Of a stretch of DNA of 64,000 nucleotides, positions 44,316-56,448 are shown one piece after another. Source of the DNA: Chrysomallon squamiferum (Eukaryota; Animalia; Mollusca); contig CM022665.1 of the NCBI GenBank assembly GCA_012295275.1, forward strand, positions 41,292,001 to 41,356,000, given 5' to 3'. The notes below the pieces were generated by a model, which was not told the DNA's origin, did not search any database, and was given only the letters and a program-made list of their open reading frames with translations. The translations under genes and the position numbers were made by a program. Positions within the stretch are counted from its first letter, which is position 1. Each line of letters begins with the position of its first letter.

Positions 44316-44626
44316 AATCAATACTCTGATTTCAATCCATAGACAGAAACGAAAACCAGTCTATAATATATCCCCCAAACACTGAAGATTAGAGAATATT
44401 TCTAATCAAGAATGACAGAGCTTGGCGACAGAAAGACACCGTAACAGAACACATAACATAAGATTATCATTTTATACAAGCACAATTAAGAAAAAGCCAG
44501 GATTTGTAACAACGGGGTTTAGACAGTCTCGACGCTATTAGTATTTTATAAGAATTTGGTTTTCACGAATAAAGGGTTCCAAATGCTATAGAATCTCTTG
44601 CTACGCGATTGTATAATAATAATAAA

Positions 44627-44681
<55 letters not shown>

Positions 44682-44962
44682 TTGATGATGATGATGATAA
44701 ATAATAATAATAATTGACATCATCATCCTCGTCATCATCTTAATTATTATTATCGTCACCATAATCATCATTATAATTATATTTATTATTATTATTATCA
44801 TTATTATTATTATAAATTGTATTATCATCATTATCATCACAACATGTATTATTATCAGTATTATTATCATTATCTTTATTATTATCGTCATTATTATTAT
44901 GACTATCATTACCATTATCATTATCTTTCTTATTATTATTGCTGTTGTTGTTGTTGTTGTTG

Positions 44963-44994
<32 letters not shown>

Positions 44995-45961
44995 GCATTT
45001 TAAACTTTTTGCACAATTAGTTAATAACCCATAATCATAATTATTTATATTATTTATATTATAATTATTTATATAATAATATTAAAAAAGAAATAATTAC
45101 GCCGTTGTATCCAAAGGTCTGGTTATGTTCCAGGTAAAAAAACAACTTTTTATTTTTGAAGACCTGTCAGGTGGCAGTCCACTAAAATACATACATACAT
45201 ATACATACATACAATACATAAAGAAGAAGCCAAATAGCACATTAAATGCATACTGTGTATAATAGAAATGAGAAATAATTATTATCATTAATAACAGCAA
45301 TAGCGTAATTTTAACAAACGTTAAATAAGATATACATAAATGGATTTCGTAAAAATGGTCTTGAAAAGTCAGATACACCTTTTATTTATAAGTGATGGCA
45401 GAAATCTTGATTTGTAATGACCTTAAATGAAGAGTATAATTAATCCTAACTTATAAGATAGTTGAAATATATTGCTAAGAAATGACCTTAAAAAAGTTTA
45501 CAAAACCATAAAGATGTTGATAAAAATAGCATAAAACGTACTGTTGTTTATTAAATGTAATGGCCTGGTGATGTACAGCAATTGCTTATAAATGATTAAA
45601 CTAAACTATATAAACGCATTTACAAAACACTGTGAAAAGCAGTTAATATATAATGCTTAAAAACAGCCTAACAAAGTTAAATGTTTTTGTTCTTTGTAAT
45701 TGGCATAGCACGGTAACAATATATGTATGGACTATAACCGGTCCAGTATGATAGTATACATGAATGGATTACAACATTTAATATAGCATAAAATTATAAA
45801 TAATATAATTAAATAAAAAAGACACCGTTTGTGTAGTGTTTACAGATAACCTAACAATATTAATAAAACTGTAACATTTATTTACAAACCAGTAATATTT
45901 CTTTATCAGATGCTCCAGTTCATAATTCGTTCTTATATCCAAACTAAAAACAAACAACAAC

Positions 45962-46021
<60 letters not shown>

Positions 46022-47551
46022 CATAAATTCATAAATTCATAAAAATAATCTAAGGTAAAGGTCTTCAGGTTTAATCCTAAACATTTGATTTTAGCCGTAA
46101 CTATTTCCATTCATTTATTTCATTATATAATTTGTTATTATTATTATATACATATGATATTAAATAGATATTCTTCTGGCCGTGATGTCAGGTACATTTT
46201 GTCTTCTAGTTCCTGGGCCAACATTCTAATAACATTTTAAACGGGTTTTTTTGGTTACTTTTTAAAAGTTATATCACCCTAAAAATTGGCAATACCAATT
46301 TCTCGTGACTCTCCAAATACCGTTAGTAATAATATTAAATAACAACTTTACCTTCTGAAACAAATGTTATACGCAGATGCCAGTTTGAACAGTATTCCAA
46401 TTTTCTGATCAACGAATATGTCTAATGAATCTAAACGTTGATAAAAACAATATTAAAAAATAATATTAAATAATATATAATAATAATAATAATAAGACGT
46501 CGAAGAAGGAAAAGGAGGAGGAGAAGAAGGAGAAGAAGAAGAAGAACAACAACAATAAAAGATCATAAATACTGGTGACCCTCGATTTCATGGACCAATA
46601 GGGGGAGCAGCTGTCCTGGAAAGTGCGAAAGTCCGTGAAATTGCGAATGCAAACATTAACCCTAAAATTTACCGAAACATTAAACTTGAGTACACATAAC
46701 AACTATATAATTCAGTAATATAATAATGTAAGAACAATCTACAGATATAAAAACGAGGTAAACAAATGTCATGCAGCTTATGCAAAGAATAATGTACTGT
46801 AGAAAAATGTAGGCTAGGCTGTGTGAAGTTTGTTAGGTTAGATGGTTATGGGTATAAGTCTAAAACGTACTCTTTACCATGATCGACAATAGGTTGCGTG
46901 ATCGTATAATGGGATTCAGAGTAACTTAATAGAACCTAAAGATAAGGTTTCAAGTGGGAAATGGCGGTAAGCTCTAATTGTATTGGTTTTTTTTTTTTTT
47001 TTAATTATTTGGTTCGGATTTCCCGAAATCCGGAAAACCGAGGTCCGTGAAATCAGCAGTAATTAAGTAAACGGATAAAAAAAAAAAAAAAAAAATAAGG
47101 TGATAATTTAATCAATACGATTTTAAAAATATCTCTGCTATAAAATGAATAAGAAAAAAAAAAAAAAAAAAAAAATGAATAACAAAATTATAAATGAATA
47201 AAAAAAAAAATAACAATAAATAGTTAAAAACATGAATTAATTTAAATAATAAAAAAAAAAAAAAAATAAAAAAAAAAAAAAAATAACAATAAATAGTTAA
47301 AAACATGAATTAATTTAAAAAAAAAAAATAAAAAAAATATATAAATAAAAAAATAAAAAAATAAAAGAATATATAAAAAAATAAAATAAAATAAAATAAC
47401 ATTTAAAAATAAACATGAAATAGAAAAACAAACCTTTCACCATTTTTTGTGTGGCTGTAATGACAAATTCTCCAACCTCTATCAGAGACTGTACTGCTTT
47501 CATAACAGCCTCCCTCTCTCTCGCTTTCCTTTTTGAATCTTTAGTTAACAT
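41011..47551 (-). CDS. SELENOL: Selenoprotein L paralog B (AhpC/TSA-like thioredoxin fold, UxxU)
   Basis: Exons 47551-47434 (MLTKDSKRK...), 46430-46352, 45943-45890, [45181-45101 inferred extra exon], 44067-44025, 43524-43291 (UGA at 43335-43333 and 43326-43324), 42646-42524, 42285-42247, 41976-41878, 41160-41011 (TGA stop). Exon sizes 79/54/234/123/39/99 are identical to paralog A. Motifs LLSFG, WL..T.CPF.LLLD, VWS, QMGGDFIID, DRP. Confidence 0.85.
43291..43524 (-). CDS. SELENOL: SELENOL paralog B catalytic exon with UxxU (two Sec)
   Basis: ...VLVALRHFA-TGA-LP-TGA-RDHVSQLVARQ; the frame continues cleanly into the next exon. Confidence 0.9.
46572..47059. mobile_element. Degenerate Tc1/mariner(pogo)-like MITE in intron 1 of SELENOL-B
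   Basis: TA|CTGGTGACCCTCGATTTCATGGACC ... GGTCCGTGAAATCAGCAG|TA: imperfect inverted ends flanked by TA. Confidence 0.5.
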
Positions 47552-48439
47552 TACTGCATCTTTGTCATCCACGCAACACACTGAAGTATATTATTATTAT
47601 TATTATTATAATTATTGTTGTTGTTATTTCAGTTATTATTGTTATTGATGTTGTTAGTGTTATAATTATTATTATTATTTATTTATAGAATAAATTTGTT
47701 CAGTATACGTTACGCTTTTTTCTTTTAGCTTAGCAAAGAACAACATCTAACTTTTCATCCTTCAAAAGATACTTAAGCATTTTTGTTTTAAACTTTTTAA
47801 AGGAAGTTTAAAAAAAAGAAAACTTTTTCTTACTGTGACATTTTATTGATTAAAAAAAATAATAATAACATAATACAAAGATGACTACTAGTAGTTACTT
47901 ACCTAAAAGTTATCGTATGTAAGTACATGTATATAAAATCGTTATCCCTTCATCTCTTTCCTCAAACAATTCTGTGTCCGAAAATTTTTTTTTTCTGAAC
48001 AAACTTCTGTATTTAAAGATAATCAAAACAAAGGATATTTTTGTTATTCTTGTTTTAATTTTTTGGAAATAAATATGTAGACGTAGCGTGGGAATAGGGT
48101 TAATTTACCAGTTTGAGTTTATTGTTGTTGTTGTTGTTGTTGTTGTTGCTGCTGCTGTTGCTGTTATTATCGTTGTTATTGTTGTATCAGGCTCTCTATT
48201 AATCCATCATTTATCTAACATTAATGGTCATGTGAACGATTATTTTCATTATTACATTATTTTTACATTTGATATATTATATTTATTGTTATTATTATAT
48301 GTATACAGTTGATATTGAAATGAAAATGTACTAATAAATGATATTGTTATTTGAAGACTGACAGGTAATTTCTCTAAATAATATGTAGCAAACCATTTGA
48401 TTAGAAATGGATAAAAATGTCTTCATATAAACTAATAAC

Positions 48440-48495
<56 letters not shown>

Positions 48496-48656
48496 CATTA
48501 TTGACCAGTTTATCGTTAATCTGATAATGGATATAATTGTAAATAAACCTGTTTCTCATGAGGTTCTGTGGGAAATAATTTAGTATAATCTTAAATGTTT
48601 GTTTTTAACTTTTTTTTTTTTTCTCACCAAACAATAAGTTACATGTAAATAAATGA

Positions 48657-48695
<39 letters not shown>

Positions 48696-49006
48696 AAAAA
48701 AAAAAAAAAAAAACTAAATAAATAAACAAACAAACCAATAAATAAATAAATAAATAAATAAATAAGTTAGTATGTAAATTAACAAACAAATAAAATAAAA
48801 AATAAAATGTGTAGATACCTGTATGTGTATTAACACAACACACACACACACACACACAAACACAAATGTTATATGGTTGCCCTATAAAATGAAAAATGGT
48901 CACTACAACAACCAATTAGTGTTAGTTTATCACATTTACAATATTTAGTCATTCTTCAATTCATCATTTTAAAACTGTATCTTTATTTCTTTAGATTTTC
49001 TTCATA

Positions 49007-49040
<34 letters not shown>

Positions 49041-50207
49041 TTTTTTTATTTTTTTTTATTTTATTATTTCCATTCTCTAATTTCAAAATACGAGCACATA
49101 CTTTTGGGGTGTATGTGAATAAAAACATGATTATAGTACTTCAATTATTATAATAACCATCCATCGCGTGTACAGCTATAATAATACTTTGCTGACCCTG
49201 GTATTATACAAAAGCTTTACAGCTGGGAACATTCACGTTTACAAAACATCTTTTGTTCTGATGACGATCTACAGTATAGCTTGACTTGTTTTTAACAAAA
49301 ACATTCTCTATTTTTTCCCCTCCTTTTCAAAGCAGATTTTCCAAACTCATCCTTTTCTGACATTAAAAAAAGAAAAAAAAGAAAAAGAAAGAAAGAAAAA
49401 CGAAAACAAAATCCTAAAGGTTATATTATTTTGTTTGCTTAATGGAAGTATTTGTGTATTAATATCAGTGTCAATATTCTGCACTTAATTTATGCGATGT
49501 AAGATTATAAAAATATTTTTCTATAAATGTCAACTGAGTACGTATTATTTGAATAATCCTCAAAAATTTTTAATAGCTATGTTGGTTTTTTTATATCAAA
49601 TAAGATTTGTTATTCTATTTCCTTTTCTTTAAATTTTAAAGATTTATTTAATTATTACTTTTTTTAAATTGCTTTTAATGTTTCCCTTATTATTTTTTGT
49701 CTTTTTCTCCTAATTTTAATTAATAAATTTCGAGTAAAATGGCCCACCAGTTATCATCTATCAATAACGTTTTGTTTACATTCGAATCGATCAGAAAATA
49801 AGTACTGTGACTTACTAAATTTAGCAATTTAGAAAAAAAAAAAAAATGAAATAAAATATACCAAAAAATAGAACAGAATAAAATAAAATAACATAAAAAA
49901 TAATAAAAAGTAATAATTAAAAAAATCTGAGAAAAACAAACAAAATAATGATTCATCAATCCTATGTTATTATTTTAAGAAGACAGTTATCTGGTCTCAG
50001 TGGCAAGCTTTTTAGTTTTTTCTTCTTTTATTTATTTATTTATTTTAAGTTAATATGACTTTTCTTCTTCTTTTCTTTTCCAGCCTGATTAATTATTTGC
50101 TGAACAAAACAAAACCAATACAGATTTGAGTATTTATTACTGAAAACAAATTTCTGAAAAAGCAACACAACCAGATGTGCTTTTATCACACCATCTGAGA
50201 TCTGTTT

Positions 50208-50253
<46 letters not shown>

Positions 50254-50314
50254 TATATATTTCTATGTTATAATATCTAATTTTCTATAAAACATAAAAA
50301 TAACCTATAGTTTT

Positions 50315-50350
<36 letters not shown>

Positions 50351-51476
50351 TTTCTCACAATTTTTAATTTTCTTCAAAATACAATAAAAAAAATATATAG
50401 GTGTTAATTATACCTATATATTTCTGTTACAATATGTAACTTTCTTTAAAATATAAAAACTATTAATTTTTTAAATAAAACCCTTTTCTTCATAAGAGTA
50501 TGTGTATGTGTTACATATACAAACACATACACACATTTTAGAAGAAAAAATAAAATAAAATAATTACTAATGACAGATACAGATTCTGTAAAAAGGAAAA
50601 CAGATTTTACTGAGACAGATTACATTCAGTCTAGGAATGTTTCTGAGGTATATGTAACAAACCTAATTTCATAATACCCTTTTGCATCACAGGATATATC
50701 TTACCATGGACTGTGGTTTGGAACTGAACATGTTAATTTAACAAATGACTAAAACAAAAATAATAATAAAATAATGAAAAATAATTGTCAATTTGTCTGG
50801 TTTACCATTAACTTTACATAATTTAACTGTGAAAAACAATAATAATAGTGATGATGATAATAATTCACTGACATAATGGTAATAATCAACATTTATTAAT
50901 GTAAATTATGCAATAAACTGCACATTTAACTCTATGAACTAAAAATGTAGAAAATGTCAAATACATCATCTATACATTTCAACAGAATAAACAAAATTAT
51001 TACTTATTCATCAGTATTACAAAAATAAAAATCATATCACAATCTCCCATCAGATTAAAAATCCATGATTATTTTGATTTGCAAGTGGGTTTTTTCATGT
51101 CAATGTAGATGTTAAGAAAGACATAATAATTTTATTTTTACTTAATGTAAATCATTACGAACTGAGGGTTATGAATAACATACATTTAAACAAAGCTGAG
51201 GTTCTTAATTTGTTTAATAATCCCCTCAAAAGAGATCAATTTTAAACAGAGCTGCAGTTCTTGACTTATTTATTAATAGCCTCAAAAGAGACTGATTCAA
51301 AACAAGTGAAAGGGTCAGTGAGGGAAATGGAAAGTGTGTGGAAGAAATGTAATTATAAGGGAGTGGCAGAGAGAAAAAAAAAGGCAAACAGAAAGAAAAA
51401 ATTCAAGAATGTTAAAGAAGAAAGGAAGGAGCAATAAGAATGTATTATCACCATGTTGTTGATAGAAGAAAGAGAT

Positions 51477-51587
51477 GGAAGAATGAAAAGAGAAAATCTG
51501 AGGTTATAAAATAAAAGAAGCAAGAAAGAGAGGAAGAATGAAAAGAGAAAATCTGAGGTTATAAAATAAAAGAAGCAAGAAAGAGAG
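51477..51587. repeat. Two-copy ~56-bp direct tandem repeat
   Basis: GGAAGAATGAAAAGAGAAAATCTGAGGTTATAAAATAAAAGAAGCAAGAAAGAGA occurs twice. Confidence 0.85.
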
Positions 51588-51730
51588 AATTATTAAAAAA
51601 TATTATTAAGTCAGTGTAAAACAAGATTTAAGTGTGAAAAAGTTAAAGAAAAATAAATTAAGAAAATAAGAAATCTTGATTGTTTGTTTCATTTCTTTGA
51701 AAACCACTGATCTGTTCATCCATGATTCAC

Positions 51731-51792
51731 TAACTGATGCCATCCAGTCAAGGCTCTTAGAAAGTTTGACCGTTGACCTTCAAAAACAGTTA
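51731..51792 (-). promoter_or_regulatory. SECIS element (type II) of SELENOL paralog A, with non-canonical UUGA core
   Basis: RNA: UAACUG UUUU UGAA GGUCAA C GGU C AAA CUU UCU AAG A GCC UUGACU GGAU GGCAU CAGUUA. Homologous to the B/C SECIS; 11 nt from quartet to AAA; apical mini-stem CUU/AAG. Confidence 0.85.
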
Positions 51793-51805
51793 AAATCATT
51801 GACGA

Positions 51806-54800
51806 TCAGACTTCAATTGTCTGTAAATAAATAAATTAATAATATATAATAATATATTAATAGCATCACATTTATAAACTGAACTTAAATATTTCCAGAA
51901 TTTCAAAAGAATTTGAGACATACAGAGCACACACCTTTTACTTCCGTTCCTATTAATTTTAGTTTTCTTTACAGCATATATAAAAACCATGACCATTTCT
52001 TTGGACAGATAGCAATTTTAATGTTTTTGTTTAACTAAAATAGTGAAGAATGACTCAGTTTTTTTTTTTGCAATTGCTATTGATTTTAGTTTATTTTTTC
52101 CAAGTACACAGATATATAAAATTTTCTTTTTACCTTCAAAGAGTCAAGAAGAATTTCAATACTTGGTCTGTCTTTAGCTGATTTGCTGCAGTACACAAGT
52201 TTTACTGTCCCGTTTTTGTCAAGAATAAAATCACCACCCATCTAAAAATTGAAATAGCAACACTTACACAAAATAAATATTGTTAATCTATATTCTCGTA
52301 ATTATGTGCACAGCAATATGTATTCTTATAAGATGAATATTCTGATGTAACTTAATAAGATGGCAAAATTGAAATATTAACACTTATAGAGTGTAAACAG
52401 ATAAATGCTGATAATTATATTCTTCATCTGAAAATTGAAATACCTATAGAAAGTAAATTGATACATAATGTTATCTGTATGTTCGTGATTATGTATATGT
52501 ACAATATTCTGATGCAACACTCGTCTACAAACTGAAATGCTAACACTTATAGAAAGTAAACAGACAATTGTTGAAAATCTATATTCTTGTAATTATGTGC
52601 AGATCATTCTGAAATAACATAATAAAATGGCAACCTCCATTACTGCAGATATGCTAGACTGTGCATGGCACAATGGAATCATATTTGTTTTTGTTCAGTT
52701 TATTAAATTCAGATTTTAAAAAAAAGCAAGAATATTTGTTTTAACAAAATAAATAAATTTCAAATTGAAATTCAACTTAAACACTGCTTGCCAGTAGTTT
52801 CATGAACAAACCTGATTTTAATATTGCTAATTTGAATAATTCATTTACAGAGTTTCATCTTAATATATAATTCTACAGATCCTTATACAAATGGTAATGA
52901 TGAATTAAAAAATATATATATATATATATATTTGGCTGGTGATAGTAAGAAAATAGCTTAAAATATAAAAAAAAATTTAAAAATATAAAAATTAAAATTA
53001 TTATGTTAAGTGCACCACTTATAAATGTTAAGAATAAAACTTGAAATGTTAAAAGTTTTACTTATAATGTTAAGAATACAACTAATAATATTAAGAATAC
53101 AGCTTATAATGACATGATAAAATATATTTTGATAAGACTAAAACATTGCACAAACTTGACAAAGTATATCAGTTTAGCAATGAAACTGCTGTTGGTTTAA
53201 ACTGTTGTTAATACAATATTTATTCATATGTACGCGCAGAACCGTTCATGCCATCTTTCACTCATACAGACATTCTTTCTTTTGTTCATTTACATCTGCA
53301 TCTAGAAATATCTCAGTAATTAAAATTATAAAAGAAACCAAATGCAAACCTGGTTAGGATCGTCATGGAGATCTTCATAAGGGCGTGGCAAAGATCTACC
53401 TGCAGCCATTTGTTCCCCATAATACACCATGCAGGATATTGACCAAACCTGAATAAATATAAATAAATAAAACCAAATAAAAAAAATTATAAAAATATTA
53501 TTTTTGTCTTTTAAATTTTTTTATGAAACTTCAAAAGTGTTATTATCATTATCATCATTATTCATATTCTTATTATTACTATTATTATTATTTAAACTTA
53601 TTAAATTATGATAAATTCTCAATATTTAGTATCCAACACTTATAGAGTGTAAACAGCTAAATGCTGATAATTATATTCTTCATCTGAAAATTGAAATGTT
53701 TATATTTCTCTTCCATAAGTTTAAAAAAAAGAAAAAAAAAAGAAGAAATATAACATAGTGAAATAATTACCTTGTTTAATAAAATAAAATAAACATAACA
53801 GCAAAGTATATATATATATATATTTTAATAGTAATCAGGTGAAGTAATTCTTTTAAATCATAAGTATAAACTTGTAAAAATTAAAAAAGAGAAAACTGTT
53901 TTAAGATCATTTTGTTAACTATAAAAAAAATAACCAGAAAATAGAATTTTAATCAAGGGACTCAAACTTATAGAAACCAATATGGCTTCCAGTTAAGGTA
54001 AATTATTTCCCCTTGTACTGAAATTATTTTTAAAAATAAATACACAATGCTAGGCTCATTCTTTATAAACATCTTACCATGTACAGAGACTTCTTTAGAC
54101 CAAATGACGTATAGACCTGAAACAACAAAATATATCACACAATGAAGTTTAAAAATTAATAATAATAAAGTAAGTATACTCAACATCTAAATAAAATTAA
54201 AGGTTTATATGTCTGTATACATGTTTTAAATAGAATATGCATGTACACGTATATAAAACAGCAATATAAGATGCAGTGCAATAAATTGATATATAATGAT
54301 TTTTAATTTTTAATTTTTTTTTTTTTTTTTTTTTTATATAATGATTAAAGTTAATGACAATATTTAAAGAACTGATAGATGCAAAACGTGTTCTTTCCTA
54401 AATATAGAAATAAAATGAATTCATGGAAGTTTCATATATATATATATACACATATATATACAACCTTTCTGTCAGCATCTAACAGCATTGTGAAAGAGCA
54501 GTCCATTTCAGCCAACCAACGCTGGGCTCCAGACTGAACCCCAAACGATATGAGAAGTATCTGTGAGTTAGCTGAGTAAACTTCACTCTGAAAAAAAAAA
54601 AATAAATAAATAAATAAACTAAATAAATAAATAAAAAAAATAAATAAATAAAAAATAAATAAAAATATATAGAAAAATAAAAGTAAAATAAATAAAAAAA
54701 TAAATAAATAATAACAAAAAAAAAATAAAAGTAAAAGTAAAAAAAATTACAATTAAAATTTAAAAAAAAATTAAATTAAAAATATGTCAATAATACACAG

Positions 54801-55912
54801 AGAGAGAGAGAAAGAGAAAAATACTATATGACTACATTAGATAAATAACCAAAAAATATATATTAAGATTATTTTTAAATATAAAAAGTGAAAACTGAAA
54901 CCTGTCTGGCCATCAGGTCTTTGACATGGTCTCGTCATGGAAGTCAGGCAAAATGGCGAAGGGCAACAAGAATAACAGTCTGTTCACCAAGATATTCTTT
55001 GATTGTTACTGTTTTTCCTGTTCTTGCATCAACAAGAGGTACATCTATTGGTCCTTCTTGTCCAACATTCACAACTTCAGTGTTTTCTTGATTGATTTTT
55101 TTATCAATATCTTTCAGAACATCATCCCATTGACGCTAAATTTGTGGAAAAATCAAGAAAAAGTGTAATTTCAATTAAATATTTATGTCCTTGACAAATA
55201 TGCCTAAGCCATTAATTTGGATATACGAATATTAATACTTCTTTTATAATTTTACAATTTAACCATTTTATTTGTGATTTTCTTCAATAAAAAATAAGAA
55301 ACATAATTTACATAAATATTAAAAAATATACAATTAGATTTTCTTTTAAAATAAGCAGAAAATGGCCTAATACTTTATTTTTATTTTATTCTATTTTTTT
55401 TTTTTTTTAATTTCTGGTTCCTTGTTCAATCAAGTTACAGTGTTTAATTTTAAATTTAAAAGAAAACATAATTTTACAAGTTACAATTATTATCAACAAC
55501 AGCTACCTCAATATCAAACCAGTCGTCTATTAGATCTCTTGCATCAGGATATCGAGAACTAAATAAAATAGAAAAAACTAAATTAGTAAATATTATCTCA
55601 GAAAAAAACCTTTTAATACATTTTCACATACTCTCTGTACATTCATATCAAAGAAATGAAATCGTGATTATGAGTGAACAATTGAATGGAAGAGAAAAAT
55701 AACCTAATTTTTATCTGTAATTTAATATATTTTTATTTTTTAGTTTTGTTTTAAATGTTTTATTGCCTCGGAAAACAAATGGTAATAACTCAGCTGGGGA
55801 ATGGAATTACCTAATGAAGTTTTTGTTTTCAAAATAAATATAGTATATAAATATAAAATGTATAAAATTTCATAAAATTTGAGAGAGAAAAAGAAAAGAG
55901 AGAGAGAGATAT

Positions 55913-55993
<81 letters not shown>

Positions 55994-56373
55994 ATTATTG
56001 ATAAAGATGTAATAATAGTAAAAAATAGTTTATTTTAATTAACTAAATAAAGAACTGGTTAAGGCAAACAAATTTTGACAAAAATCTTGACAAATTATAT
56101 TTTAAAGTATTTTTGTTTTACTGAGAAACTTAAAGTGTAGTAACCTGTAATATTTCTTTGTGAGGTTTTCCAGATCTTTCTTTGTTTCTATTCCAAGACT
56201 GAAAACAACAAAATAATAATAATAACAACAACAACATAAACAGCAGTAGTAGTAATAACAGAGATAGTAATAATGATGATGATGATGATGATAATAATAA
56301 CAATAACAATAACAGTAGTAGTATAGTAGTAGTAATAGAAATAGTAGTATTGATGATGATGATGATGATGATG

Positions 56374-56448
<75 letters not shown>

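Larger units (their letters stand above)
31911..44406. repeat. Tandem direct segmental duplication, two ~6.2-kb units (31911-38230 and 38228-44406)
   Basis: Collinear, near-identical units differing by scattered SNPs and microsatellite lengths. The junction TATTTCT-AAT-ACACGACGTGG has 3-bp AAT microhomology (31911-31913, 38228-38230, 44404-44406). Confidence 0.95.

Noticed and set aside
44357-44381. 25-nt micro-exon candidate in SELENOL-B intron (CAG|TGTTTGGGGG...CTG|GT)
   Set aside because: Its length would shift the frame relative to the neighbouring phase-2 exons.
47903-49335. Exon-like segments upstream of SELENOL-B (~49335-49197, ~47994-47903) with UGA-containing frames
   Set aside because: No frame connects to the SELENOL-B ORF without UAA/UAG stops; at most 5'UTR exons with uORFs.
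54421-54434. TCATGGAAGTTTCA resembling the UxxU codons (reverse strand)
   Set aside because: Short intronic match with a 2-nt offset and no flanking homology; probably chance.
37128-54946. Reading the paired in-frame TGAs as pseudogene stops
   Set aside because: They occupy the CxxC-equivalent positions in two diverged paralogs, the downstream exons are intact, and each copy has a SECIS.
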